Assembly (NCBI GenBank): GCA_963748665.1
Contig: CAVVJW010000036.1
Location: 19,655 to 83,654 of the forward strand
Reading direction: 5' to 3'
Length of the DNA: 64,000 nucleotides
From: Ignavibacteriota bacterium
Lineage (GTDB): Bacteria > Bacteroidota > Ignavibacteria > Tepidaquicellales > Tepidaquicellaceae
Both the position numbers and the translations under genes were made by a program. Below the pieces are notes generated by a model that did not search any database, had not been told where the DNA came from, and saw only the letters and a list, made by a program, of their open reading frames with translations. Positions 28,720 through 38,631 of the stretch are shown one piece after another (the stretch's first letter is position 1; each line of letters opens with the position of its first letter).

Positions 28720-29989
28720 TTAAAAATCATAATAAAAAGTGAATGCAAATCTGTTTGCAACTCCAGACTCACCTTTTTTATTTTTTGAATAACCGATATT
28801 ATACTCCCCGCCCATCCTGAAACCGAATATTGAGAACCAGAACACATTAGCGGAAATGTAATTTCCTGAGGAGAATGCACTTTCGGGCTCATAGTCTTTG
28901 TTAATCAAATTTACTGATCCATATATTAATGATGCTGTTATATTAATTTTCGGAAATCTGCTTGTCAGTGCCAGAAATCCGCCATACGAACCCAGCATTT
29001 CATAATCTCCTGTATTAGGATTTAAAATAATATCAGATGTGTTGTCCTGTGAAAGTTTCAAAAAACTTGTAATACCTCTTCCGACGAGTGCCTGAAACAT
29101 TATGCTATAGTTCTTAAAAAAGTTTATCTTGCTGCTTAATAATCCGCCATATCCTGTAACATCTCCAAGATCTCCGGATAATTTCCTGACTGATATGTTG
29201 CGAAGAATACCTGCCAATTGTAAATGCCCGAAATTGAATTTTTTTGAAACACTGGAAGCAATATCGGGAATAACCTGCGAAGCATCCTCAATAGAAACAG
29301 TGTCAGGGATTGAGATTTTTACGTTTGGAGATTCTATGCTGCCCTTGAACAACCATCCGTCTGGTTGTTTCCTTAAATAAACGAATCTGCACAGACCTTA
29401 ATAAAACTGCTGTAGGGGGTCCGTCAGCATCAACTGTATTCGGAATAGACCTGTTATCACTGAAAACCGTCCACGCTTGTCCTCCAAGTATAAAATTTGT
29501 ACTGCCATAAGCGAACCTTAAACGTAAATGATTTCCGTCAGTGGCAAAATCAGTCTCCAGTTTCATATTTACTTTGCCTACCCCTGTTTGGACATTAGAT
29601 TCAACACCAAACCTTGTGAGATTTGCTGTCATAAAAAAGTTTGGTTCATTTTTATTCTCGCTGCCTACAGGAATTTTATTTACTGAAAATGAAGTTCCAC
29701 CTTTCAGACCGTTAAAGTCGTAAGCCCCGAAAAGACGTATTGATGCGTAAATACGGAGATTAGATTTTCCGTTCTTTGACTCTACGAAAAAACCGCTGCT
29801 GTCGGGCGAGTCCTGAGGATGACGGTCTGCAGATAAGGAATCCCTGGCTGATATTTTTTTAACAAGTGTATCTTTTTTAATTCCTGAATTTTTAGAATGT
29901 GTGAGTGCCGTATCCTGTTGAGAATACGACAAGGTAATTTTAAAAACAATTAATAATAAAACAATAAAAGTAATCTTTATGATTTTCAT
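28720..29989 (-). CDS. Outer-membrane porin-like beta-barrel; one frame break
   Basis: ORFs 29303-29989 (signal peptide) and 28720-29352 join near 29376. C-terminus ...RFAFTFYYDF. Confidence 0.5.
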
Positions 29990-30118
29990 TTTGATATTTC
30001 AATTAAAAGCATTTTTCTGTTCATACCGGAAATTAATAAATATTAAGAAGGATAAATATCCCAATAATTAAAATAACAAACTAATCCGCCGAAAGCATCG
30101 GGGTATCTTTAACATTGT

Positions 30119-30308
30119 GCCGCCCCTACGGGGCTTATATTTTTTTAGACTCTTTTCGCTATTGATATTTCGCCCCTACGGGGCTCTTTCAAATCTTACG
30201 GGTTTATTCTGTGTCGCCCCTACGGGGCTTATATTTTTTAGACTCTTTTTGCTATTGATATTTCGCCCTACGGGGCTCTTTCAAATCTTACGCGTTTATT
30301 CTTATTGT
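30119..30308. repeat. 2 x ~94-bp tandem repeat, each unit carrying two GCCCC-TAC-GGGGC hairpins
   Basis: cgcccctacggggc occurs at 30121, 30171 and 30215, and cgccctacggggc at 30264. The flanking sequence is repeated with a 93-94 nt period. Confidence 0.85.
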
Positions 30309-30585
30309 TCTTACTGAACTTCTTACAACTTTAAATTTGAAATTTCTCTTATTGCTTTTTAAATTCTTTGTACAACTTAGTGTCTTCGTGACTTTGTGTC
30401 ATAATATTTTGTCATTCCTATGTTACTTCTTACAATTAAAATTTTAAATTTTTCTTATTGCTCTTTAAATTCTTTGTGCTACTTTGTCGAAGACTCGCCG
30501 TGGAGAGTGTCTTTGTGTCTTCGAGTCTTTGTGTCATAATATTTTGCCATTCCTACAGAACTTCTTACAATTTAATTTTATTTGG
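30309..30585. repeat. Tandem repeat, units about 107 and 135 bp
   Basis: acttcttacaa occurs at 30318, 30425 and 30560. The units share ttcttattgc.ttttaaattctttgt...ctttgtgtcataatattttg.cattcc. The second unit has an insertion of about 25 bp. Confidence 0.8.
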
Positions 30586-30593
30586 CTGAAAAT

Positions 30594-31367
30594 TTATTTC
30601 GCTTTATCTTTGATGCTGCCTATACCAAAGAAGGGCGGTGAAAACACCATTAAACCGAGTTCAACACCCGCTCCTTTTTTACTGCCAAATGCATCATTGT
30701 ATGTCAATGCGATATTTATGCGGTCTTCAGGTTCCCATCTCAATCCTACCCTGTATTTAGCAGAAGTATTTAAATCACCCTCAGCACCAAAAATCTCACC
30801 AACAAGCGAATACTTCATATTGAAAGGATACCACGCCAAACGAGTTGAATAAGTATAAGTCCATACAGTGGCTTTTTCTTCTCCGTGGTCTATTGTTACA
30901 CTTCCTCCCGGCATAATATCCCAGGAAAGTCTGTTGTTAAAGAATGGTATTGTTATAGGCGCAGTAACCCAGAAAGTTTTAAAAGCGTCATTTAACTTGT
31001 CATTACCGTCCAGATAACCCGGTTCTAACCCTGTCCCCAGTTTAAACGCGGCACCTCCGGTTTTGGCTTTGTTCTCATAGAACATATACTTCGCAGAAAG
31101 AGAGGTTGAGTATCCGTCATCGGTTGAAGGGTCAGCATCATTGTTATAAATAAACGCTGCGGCTGAAAACTCAAATCCGGGTAAAAGGGAAAATGTGGAC
31201 ATAAAGATTCCCTGACGTTCGCCGTATGTAAGAATAGCAGTAACCGTACCGTGCGGTTTTGATATCCAACTGTCGGAATTATACTGCTGTCCCTGAACAT
31301 TGTTGAATGCAAAAACTGCAATCAAAAACAATATAATACCTGTGACTCTTAACGTTTTAACTTTCAT
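30594..31367 (-). CDS. Outer-membrane beta-barrel protein, unknown family
   Basis: 257 aa with a signal peptide and beta-strand periodicity. Confidence 0.45.
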   Translation of the reverse strand: MKVKTLRVTGIILFLIAVFAFNNVQGQQYNSDSWISKPHGTVTAILTYGERQGIFMSTFSLLPGFEFSAAAFIYNNDADPSTDDGYSTSLSAKYMFYENKAKTGGAAFKLGTGLEPGYLDGNDKLNDAFKTFWVTAPITIPFFNNRLSWDIMPGGSVTIDHGEEKATVWTYTYSTRLAWYPFNMKYSLVGEIFGAEGDLNTSAKYRVGLRWEPEDRINIALTYNDAFGSKKGAGVELGLMVFSPPFFGIGSIKDKAK

Positions 31368-31479
31368 AGTTTTTTCCTCAATCTAATATTAATTATTTTT
31401 TTAAATCCCTGACTTTTTCGCAGGTCTGGTTATAAAACATTATACGCACTTACTTATTGAATAAATTTATTTTTAAAAC

Positions 31480-31505
31480 TTATTTCACATTCTCTTTTTC
31501 CCATA
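31480..31505. repeat. Direct repeat, left copy (duplicate of the last codons of the amidohydrolase gene)
   Basis: ttatttcacattctctttttcccat versus 37500-37524 ttatttcacattttctttttcccat: 24 of 25 identical. Confidence 0.8.
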
Positions 31506-31715
31506 TTTGGGTACAGAATGTGTATTCACAAAATCCTGATGCGCTGGCAACAATGATACTCTAAAGAGACTTATTAATAAGACAAACAATATAAATTTTG
31601 CGGTTTTCATTCCATGTTTTCTGTTGATAATATTATCCCCTTATTATCCCTTAATTTATTCATAAATTAATAAACTGTCTTTTTGTTTTCAAAACAAAAA
31701 TATCCTCCTTATATA

Positions 31716-32661
31716 TTAATTATTTTTTCTGCCAAACGCTTCATCTATGATTGATTGAAGATGTGCAAGCGATTCCTGTGTTGGCGGTTGAAAATCAGCT
31801 AACTCATATACCTGCCCAAGATATCCGTATTTTGTTTCTCCGAAACGCATATAAGGCAGTAACTCATAATCAACTACATTCTTATAAGGTTTTATGAATT
31901 CCAGCACGGCGCGAACGTGCTCTTCATCATCATTCACACCTGGTATTATCGGTGTGCGTGCGATGAACTTCTTATCAGGAAATGTCTCGTAAGCTCTTCT
32001 TTGATTTTCAAGAATTCGTTTGTTATCAACACCTGTCCATTTTTTGTGGCGTTCAGGAATTGTACATTTGTGATCGTGAAGCACGAAATCTACATGAGGT
32101 AATACTTTTTCTACGAAAGACCAGGGAACATTGAAAGCTGTTTCGATTGCAGTATTAATTCCACGACCATGTGCTTCTTTAAGAAGTGCAGATGTGAAAT
32201 CAGGCTGAACTAGACATTCTCCGCCGCTGAACGTCAATCCACCGCCTGATTGCCTGTAAAAGCTGCAATCTGCTTCCACCTCGGCAAGTACTTCATGAAC
32301 AGTCATAAGTTTGCCAAACATACACAGCGCCTGTGTCGGACAAGCCGAAATGATTTCTTCAGAGCAATCGGATGCAAGATCCCAGTTCACTTTAATTTTA
32401 TCATCTTCACCATCTGTTGCGTAAAATGCTCCTTCAGGAAAGGGAGGCTTCAGACAAAGTCCGCATTGTTTCGCGCCTATGCATTTCGCGGGATTATATG
32501 CAAGCTCAGATTTTAGTTTAATGCTCTCAGGGTTACTGCACCATTTGCACCTGAGCGAACACCCCTTCAAAAACACAGTGGTTCGGATGCCGGGCCCGTC
32601 GTGCAGACTGAAATGTTGTACATTCAGAACGATTCCTTATTGGTTGATCTTTTGTGCTCAA
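31716..32661 (-). CDS. Glycyl-radical enzyme activating enzyme, copy 2; 5' end uncertain or frame-broken
   Basis: Track ORF 31716-32576 begins inside the conserved motif. The same frame continues upstream as GIVLNVQHFSLHDGPGIRTTVFLKGCSLRCKWC up to a TAA at 32637-32639. A TTG at 32661 (shifted by one base, overlapping the PFK-fold D stop) would give MSTKDQPI.. if there is one break near 32638. Confidence 0.75.
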
Positions 32662-33825
32662 AGTACCATTTCCCTTCCAAGAGAAACTCCAAGCATCTGG
32701 GTTATCTTGATGAACGTGCTGTCTGTTGGTACCGTACGTATTTTATTAATGCATTCAGCAAGAGAAACAAACTTAAGCTCCGGCGGTTGGAAATACTACC
32801 ATAACACCACTTTGATCGTTGTCTATAGCACGTACAGCTCCTGTACCGTAACCTAAAGCAAGCTGAATGTCAACAACTGTCAGACCTCCGGCCTGTACGA
32901 GTTGATTCAGAACAATATGTTGTAGTATCAAGATCTAAGATTCTTCTCAACTCAAGAGCAACATTAGTTGAGGCAAACCCGGATTTATCTATTATAAAAT
33001 TACCGTCACCTTCTGTTGAAAGAGGGGATAACGAAGCATTAAAGTCGCTGATTTTAATTTTTTCATCAGCAAGGCTCTTCACGACAGGTCTTGCTCCTTC
33101 AGCAACCACCACCAAACCATAACTTTTCCCATTCTTTATCTTCTCATTGAAATGATTAGCTATAATATTGATGTCGTAAGGAATTTCAGGAATCAAAACA
33201 GCGTCTGCTAACGAAGCCAATCCAGCTTGTAAAGCAAGCCATCCGGCATTAGCTCCCGGGACTTCCACGACAGCAATTTTATGCGAAGCAATGGCTGCCT
33301 TTTTTATCCGGTCAAGCAATTCCGTTGTGTGGTTAAGCGCACTATTAAATCCGTAAGAAAGTTGTGTTGCCCATATATCATTCTCAATTGATTTTGGAAT
33401 GCATACAGATCTCATTCCTTTGCGGTTTAGCTTTAACAGTAGTACTCAAAGACCTGCCTTCAACCACAGAAATAACCGCATCAATTTTATTTGTCTTTAA
33501 GCTTGCAAGAATTTTTTCCGACCGATCTTCTTCTTCAACTATACCGTCTTTAATCGTTGTTCTAACGTTAAAAGGAGTCTGAACTGAAGGCATTGGAAAT
33601 TAAAGGTCTGCCGTTTATATTATCCTCTATCGGCTGCGGTATCCTAACGATTCCTCCGAATGGATATCTTTCTGGAAAAAGCAATCCGTTAAAACCATCA
33701 TGAATTCCATAAACTTCCCATCCGAGTTTATCAGCAGCTATTTGAACTCCTGCAATTACATGATTGATTCCGGGAACGAAGCCGCCGCCAATATTGATCG
33801 CCACCCGTTTTATTTTATTGTTCAT
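32658..33825 (-). pseudogene. PFK-family protein with degenerate kinase motifs, paralog D; at least 4 frame breaks as assembled
   Basis: Fragments 33568-33825, 33384-33593 and 32870-33415 plus two further frames down to TGA 32658-32660. Contains GGGFVPGINHVIAG, CIPKSIENDIWAT, KIAVVEVPGANAGW, LVQAGGLTVVDIQLALGYGTGA and INKIRTVPTDSTFIKITQMLG. Breaks at about 33580, 33400, 32914 and 32788. Confidence 0.75.
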
Positions 33826-33870
33826 TTTTATTGAATTTTAATAATCAAGTTTTAAAATCATATTTCTCAG

Positions 33871-34686
33871 TTAATGTTTTGATTTCAATTCTTCCATCCT
33901 ATTTCTGATCACAGACCTTAGGTCTTCACCAAATCCGGTAAGAACACCTCCATCAACAGCAATCATTTGACCTGTTATTGTTGCTGCACGATCGCTTGCC
34001 AGAAAACTGGTCAGTTCTCCTATTTCTTCTATGGTCGTAAAACGTCCAAGAGGAATCAGACGTTTAATTGTTGACTGCCGGTACTCATGCGTAGTATTTG
34101 CTTCCATCAAAGGAGTTTGAACTCCACCCGGGCATATTGAATTTACCGTTATATTTGAATCTGCAAGCTCCCATGCCAGGTGCTGTGTTAATCCAGACAC
34201 ACCATGTTTAGATACTGTATAATCAAGGCCTCCAAAAAAAGTCATCCTTACACCTGCAACGGAACCAATGTTTACAATGCGGCCCTTGCCCTGTTTTATC
34301 ATTTGCGGAATGACAGCCTGACAACAAAGGAATACACCTTTCAAATTGACACCTAAAACACGATCCCACTGATTTTCCGGTATATCTATAGCCAGGGTGG
34401 GAGGACCTTCAATACCGGCATTATTAACAAGTATATCGATGGCTCCAAATGCTTCAATGGTTTTGAAGGCTAATAAAGCAACATCACTTTTCACACTTAC
34501 ATCAGCACCCACCCCAATAGCTTTTCCGCCTGCAGCAATAATCTTTTGCACTACTTCATTGCATTCTTCAGCTTTTCTTGAGTTTACTACAACATTTGCA
34601 CCCTCGCGGGCCAATACCAAAGCGATTCCTTCGCCAATGCCACGTCCCGATCCGGTTACGATGGCTGTTTTTCCTTTTAGTTCCAT
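33871..34686 (-). CDS. Short-chain dehydrogenase/reductase (FabG-like SDR)
   Basis: 271 aa. Contains TGSGRGIG, NNAG and the catalytic YTVSK. Confidence 0.85.
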   Translation of the reverse strand: MELKGKTAIVTGSGRGIGEGIALVLAREGANVVVNSRKAEECNEVVQKIIAAGGKAIGVGADVSVKSDVALLAFKTIEAFGAIDILVNNAGIEGPPTLAIDIPENQWDRVLGVNLKGVFLCCQAVIPQMIKQGKGRIVNIGSVAGVRMTFFGGLDYTVSKHGVSGLTQHLAWELADSNITVNSICPGGVQTPLMEANTTHEYRQSTIKRLIPLGRFTTIEEIGELTSFLASDRAATITGQMIAVDGGVLTGFGEDLRSVIRNRMEELKSKH

Positions 34687-34869
34687 ATTTTTTTATTTGG
34701 GTTTAATATTTTAATATTTATTGATTATTGAACCTGTAAGCCCTGATATATCAAGCTAATTCGTAACATGAAGGCTCAGATTTTTACCTATCTTAATTCG
34801 ACTGTCAGGTAGTTGTCAAATAACATCACTATCAGGCAACATTTATTCTTTTTTAAATTTTTAAACGTA

Positions 34870-34913
34870 TAAACAAAGTGGGGTGAAGAAATTCGTCCGT
34901 TTCTGCACCCCAC
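34870..34913 (-). terminator. Hairpin directly after GRE2
   Basis: gtggggtg (34878-34885) / caccccac (34906-34913). On the minus strand it is followed by tttgttt. Confidence 0.65.
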
Positions 34914-34923
34914 AATACATTAA

Positions 34924-37410
34924 TTATACATTCTCTTCAGTTCTGGCAATAATTTCTGCCTGCTGTGCCGGAGAAAGATCAACAAAATAAGCAGAGTATC
35001 CTGCAACACGTACTATGAGATTCCTGTATTTTTCAGGATCTTTTTGTGCAGCAATCATTGTCTCTTTGTTAATAATGTTGAATTGTATGTGCCAGTGTTT
35101 CAAATCGCACCAGGTGCGAATGATATGCACTATACGCTTGATGCCTTCGGGACCTGCAATAGTGGCCGGAGTAAACTTAAGGTTAATCAGGTCGCCGCCT
35201 CTTTCACGATAGCTTAAGTTCCGTGTGCGTGCCATAGAATTCAGCAACACTGTCGGTCCTTTGGTATCCATGCCATGACTGGCAGAAATTCCTTCTGACA
35301 GAAATTCACTTGCCTTTCTTCCATTGGGTGTTGCCCAGGAAACCTTTCCTGCAGGCATGTGGAAGGTAACGGGGATCTGGCGCATGATGAAGTACTGATC
35401 GTGAGGTTTGGAATTGGCTTTTAAAAACTCCAACGTCATGGTTTCAATTTCAAAACCAATGGCATCTACCCATTCGATTCCATTACCATATTTGGGCGCA
35501 TTCAGGCATAACTGACGAACCACTTCATGTCCTTCCCAATTGGCTTCAATGGCAGTAAGCAACTGATCCCAAGTAAGCTTTTTGGTGTCGTAAATCAGGT
35601 GCTTTACTGCTGCCAGACTATCTATCATGGTTGCTTTTCCAAGTATCTCAAGACAGGAATGATCAATGGCACCCGGAAAATATTCACCATGCGAATGCAG
35701 GTCGCGGCAATGTTCCATTGCGATATCGCTGAGCATGGAAGTCTGCGGGCAGGCAAAATACGTAGGCTTGATCCGCAGGGCAGTGTATTGCTGAAGCAAT
35801 GAATGTTTACACAGGTTCAAAAATTGCTTGCAGAACGCATTCCAGAAGTCTTCATAAGTGACGAAATTTCGGGGGTCACCGGTTTGCAGACCAAACTGAA
35901 TATCTTTGAAAATCTTCATCTTGCCGTTACGAACCGTCATTTCCAAGGCAGCACCTGCATTTGCTAAACCATTACCCGTGCAACCGGTTTCGCGATTGAT
36001 CAGGCGGTTCTCACAGCAACCTGAGATGTTCCAGTCGTTGGCTTCCTGCATAGTAGCACCGGCTGCCAAATAGAATGGTATAACATTCTCATCGTTCAGA
36101 AGCTTTGGATAACCCTTACCATCCTGAAGAACTTCAGCAATGTAATGTAAAAGTCTTTCAGGAGTATTGGCATGAATCCTGACACAGGGTTCGGGACAAG
36201 TGATCTGCAATCCACGGGTTGATTCAAGGATCAGATAAGTAAGTTCGTTTGTGGCATCGAGGCCTTCCGGGGTTTTCCCGCCAAGGCAAACATCCTCAAA
36301 CTTGGAAAAACCTTCGGTACCGGCTGCCATTACAGGGTTCAATTTTATTTCTGTACACTGGAACATGTTCAGCCATACGCAATGCAGCAATTCTATGGCA
36401 GATTCTTCTGTGATAAGGCCTTCAGCCATATCCTTGCGATAAAACGGCAGGAAATACTGATCCCAGCGACCCTGTCCCATGGCACTCGAAGTATGTTCTA
36501 TGCGGTTAAACATTTGTCCCCACCATTGTGCCTGCAAAGCTTCACGGAAGTTGCGTGCAGGGTGTTCAGGCACTTGTTCGCATGTTTCAGCGATCTCAAT
36601 CAATTCTTTTTTGCGCTGAGCATCCTTTTCGTTTGCAGCCATTTCCCTGGCAAGTTTTGCGTAGCGGTTCGACCAAATGGTCATGGCATCACATGTCAGA
36701 ATTACTGCCTCAAGGAAAGGACCTTTCTTGCTGATATCACTGGGGTTGGATAATTTTTTCAGTTTTTCCTGCGCTTCTTCTTTGATGCCTTTTACGCCCT
36801 TTGTCAGTATCTTATTCCAATCCGATGTCCAGTTTTGTGAATGGCGCATGGTGGAACTACCCAGAACAATGGCTGTTGCCATTATAGTATTGTTGCGATC
36901 AGGTCCGTACATCACAAAACGGGTAGGTTCGGGCAATGCCTTTACATAATTGGTAGCATAATCTTTTCCTGTCCAGTAAGGTGTGAGAAATTCCGTAATT
37001 ATTTTCTCATCTTCCTCGGTAACGACTACTTCGCCGGCTTTGCCTTTATTTTTTCTGAACATTTCCACACCGGCAGGCATAACACTGCCATCTAATTCAG
37101 GGTATGCAATGCCCCATCTGCCATGCCAGGTGTTCGGGCGTCCTACGATAAGCTCACCGGGGAAGATGGAGATAAGGGCGGTTTCGGCATAATGCTTTTC
37201 AGCCATAGCCCAGCGCAGACTAATGGGTTGACCCACGGTTTCCTTCATCGATTCGGTGAAGGCTACAGCCCGATCCAAAGATACGCGTGGCGGACCATAT
37301 GATTTTATTGTTTCATACATTTTCAGTACCCTGTCGGATACTTTGCCGTGTAAAACATTTCTTCCTGTTTCAATTGCCTGTTCTTGTGCCGATAAATGTT
37401 TGGTTTCCAT
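34924..37410 (-). CDS. Glycyl radical enzyme, copy 2 (intact, 828 aa)
   Basis: RVAGYSAYF glycyl-radical motif (Gly804 codon at 34999-35001). Cys loop ISGCCENR (GCCE = 36010-36021). Also NAPKYGNGIEWVD and ATPNGRKA. Confidence 0.92.
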   Translation of the reverse strand: METKHLSAQEQAIETGRNVLHGKVSDRVLKMYETIKSYGPPRVSLDRAVAFTESMKETVGQPISLRWAMAEKHYAETALISIFPGELIVGRPNTWHGRWGIAYPELDGSVMPAGVEMFRKNKGKAGEVVVTEEDEKIITEFLTPYWTGKDYATNYVKALPEPTRFVMYGPDRNNTIMATAIVLGSSTMRHSQNWTSDWNKILTKGVKGIKEEAQEKLKKLSNPSDISKKGPFLEAVILTCDAMTIWSNRYAKLAREMAANEKDAQRKKELIEIAETCEQVPEHPARNFREALQAQWWGQMFNRIEHTSSAMGQGRWDQYFLPFYRKDMAEGLITEESAIELLHCVWLNMFQCTEIKLNPVMAAGTEGFSKFEDVCLGGKTPEGLDATNELTYLILESTRGLQITCPEPCVRIHANTPERLLHYIAEVLQDGKGYPKLLNDENVIPFYLAAGATMQEANDWNISGCCENRLINRETGCTGNGLANAGAALEMTVRNGKMKIFKDIQFGLQTGDPRNFVTYEDFWNAFCKQFLNLCKHSLLQQYTALRIKPTYFACPQTSMLSDIAMEHCRDLHSHGEYFPGAIDHSCLEILGKATMIDSLAAVKHLIYDTKKLTWDQLLTAIEANWEGHEVVRQLCLNAPKYGNGIEWVDAIGFEIETMTLEFLKANSKPHDQYFIMRQIPVTFHMPAGKVSWATPNGRKASEFLSEGISASHGMDTKGPTVLLNSMARTRNLSYRERGGDLINLKFTPATIAGPEGIKRIVHIIRTWCDLKHWHIQFNIINKETMIAAQKDPEKYRNLIVRVAGYSAYFVDLSPAQQAEIIARTEENV

Positions 37411-37499
37411 TTTATCAATCCTATATTTTTTAAAATTAATAATTCTTCAATGTTGATTAATATTCATTATAATGAAATTTACTGAGTTCAGATAAATTA

Positions 37500-37524
37500 T
37501 TATTTCACATTTTCTTTTTCCCAT
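37500..37524. repeat. Direct repeat, right copy (genuine 3' end of the amidohydrolase gene)
   Basis: Matches 31480-31505. The two copies bracket the GRE2 cassette (about 6.0 kb). Confidence 0.8.
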
Positions 37525-38585
37525 TTTCTCACTTTTACTCTTGCATCATCGAACAATCTTTCATAGTTTCCTATGCAGACTTTATATGTGATTTCTTCGC
37601 CAAGTGCTTTCCAGAGCGGGTCGTATGCGTGATAAACGTTTAACTGTTTTTCCTGTTTATCAGGAGCAACATTGTCAGTACCAAACATAAACTTGTCAGG
37701 ATACTTTGTAATTACTTCGGTGGTTTTAGCTATCGATTTTTCTGATGACATCAGCCATTTAGCAGTTTCGTCCCAGGAAAGGTCAAAATAGAAATTCCTG
37801 TACGCGGGGTCTTCAAGCATTTCTAAAAATAGATTTCCCATATCTTCTATTGGTCTTACTACTCTGCCCAAACCAAGATGTGCCCAGACTATCGTTGTAT
37901 TAGGATGTCTTTTTACAAGGTCCTGCATACCTGTTAAATAATTTGGTTTACCCGGTTTCGGGAAAGGATTATCGATATCGTTATGTACAATAGCAAGCAA
38001 ACCCGATTCAGCACAGAACTCAAGAATCCTGTCAAGCGCAGGGTCATAAAAACTGGCTACATCACCTGACACCTTTGATGATACGAATTCTTTATGAATA
38101 GAAAATTCTCCTATACCTGAAAATACTCCGGGAAAAGTTTTCAGGACTCTTTTAATATGGTCTGCTGCGTACATATCCGAAACATTAAACCCAATAATCA
38201 TCGGGTCAAGACGTGCCTGTTTTTCTTTGGGCAGTTTCAAATATTCTGCTGCGATATAAGCATCGCAAAAAGAATAATAATATAACGGAGCATCTGTGTC
38301 AAGATAGTATGTAGGAGCAAAATCTTTTGTTACGCGGTAAGACCAAATCTGCTGAAGAGGAAGTCCGAACACGGTTGAGCGCCCGACTTTATCTCCCATT
38401 ATTGAATCCACATAAAACTCCATACCAATTCCTTCCTGAACGTAATTTGTTAAGTGGAAGTGTGCATCGTGGAATAAATATTTTCCTTTATTGTCCTGTG
38501 CATTAACAAAGTTTATATTAGAAAATACGCAAAGCATGATAGTAACCACTATCAATTTGAGGAGTAAAAATGATTTATTATTCAT
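37500..38585 (-). CDS. Secreted metal-dependent amidohydrolase-family (TIM-barrel) hydrolase
   Basis: 361 aa. Signal peptide, an HFH motif (DAHFHLTNY), and later VHND and AHLG motifs. Confidence 0.6.
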   Translation of the reverse strand: MNNKSFLLLKLIVVTIMLCVFSNINFVNAQDNKGKYLFHDAHFHLTNYVQEGIGMEFYVDSIMGDKVGRSTVFGLPLQQIWSYRVTKDFAPTYYLDTDAPLYYYSFCDAYIAAEYLKLPKEKQARLDPMIIGFNVSDMYAADHIKRVLKTFPGVFSGIGEFSIHKEFVSSKVSGDVASFYDPALDRILEFCAESGLLAIVHNDIDNPFPKPGKPNYLTGMQDLVKRHPNTTIVWAHLGLGRVVRPIEDMGNLFLEMLEDPAYRNFYFDLSWDETAKWLMSSEKSIAKTTEVITKYPDKFMFGTDNVAPDKQEKQLNVYHAYDPLWKALGEEITYKVCIGNYERLFDDARVKVRKWEKENVK

Positions 38586-38631
38586 AATAATTTAATCAAA
38601 GTTTCAAAATTTTTTAAATATACTAAAAGTT

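Noticed and set aside
30117-30317. ORF encoding MPPLRGLYFFRLFSLLIFRPYGAL...
   Set aside because: It is the literal translation of the 94-bp tandem repeat with GCCCC-TAC-GGGGC hairpins. Its periodic sequence mirrors the DNA repeat and it is not a gene.
30484-30852. + strand ORF of 122 aa.
   Set aside because: Its first half is translated tandem repeat, and its second half is antisense to the OMP gene 30594-31367.
31481-31610. 41-codon minus-strand ORF (MKTAKFILFVLLISLF...PKYGKKRM*) running into the left 25-nt repeat, considered as a collapsed second amidohydrolase gene.
   Set aside because: Apart from the 25-mer, I see no nucleotide or protein similarity to the amidohydrolase 5' end. A signal-peptide-like start alone is insufficient.
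32625-32661. In-frame TGA and TAA at the activase 2 N-terminus as possible stop-codon recoding (Sec/Pyl or an alternative code).
   Set aside because: The TGA is the genuine stop of the upstream PFK-fold D gene (...GREMVL*). All other genes use TGA, TAA and TAG as stops. One extra base near 32638 explains the rest.
35015-37456. Numerous + strand ORFs of 60-120 aa overlapping GRE2.
   Set aside because: They are shadows of the intact 828-aa minus-strand GRE. None has motifs or plausible start contexts.
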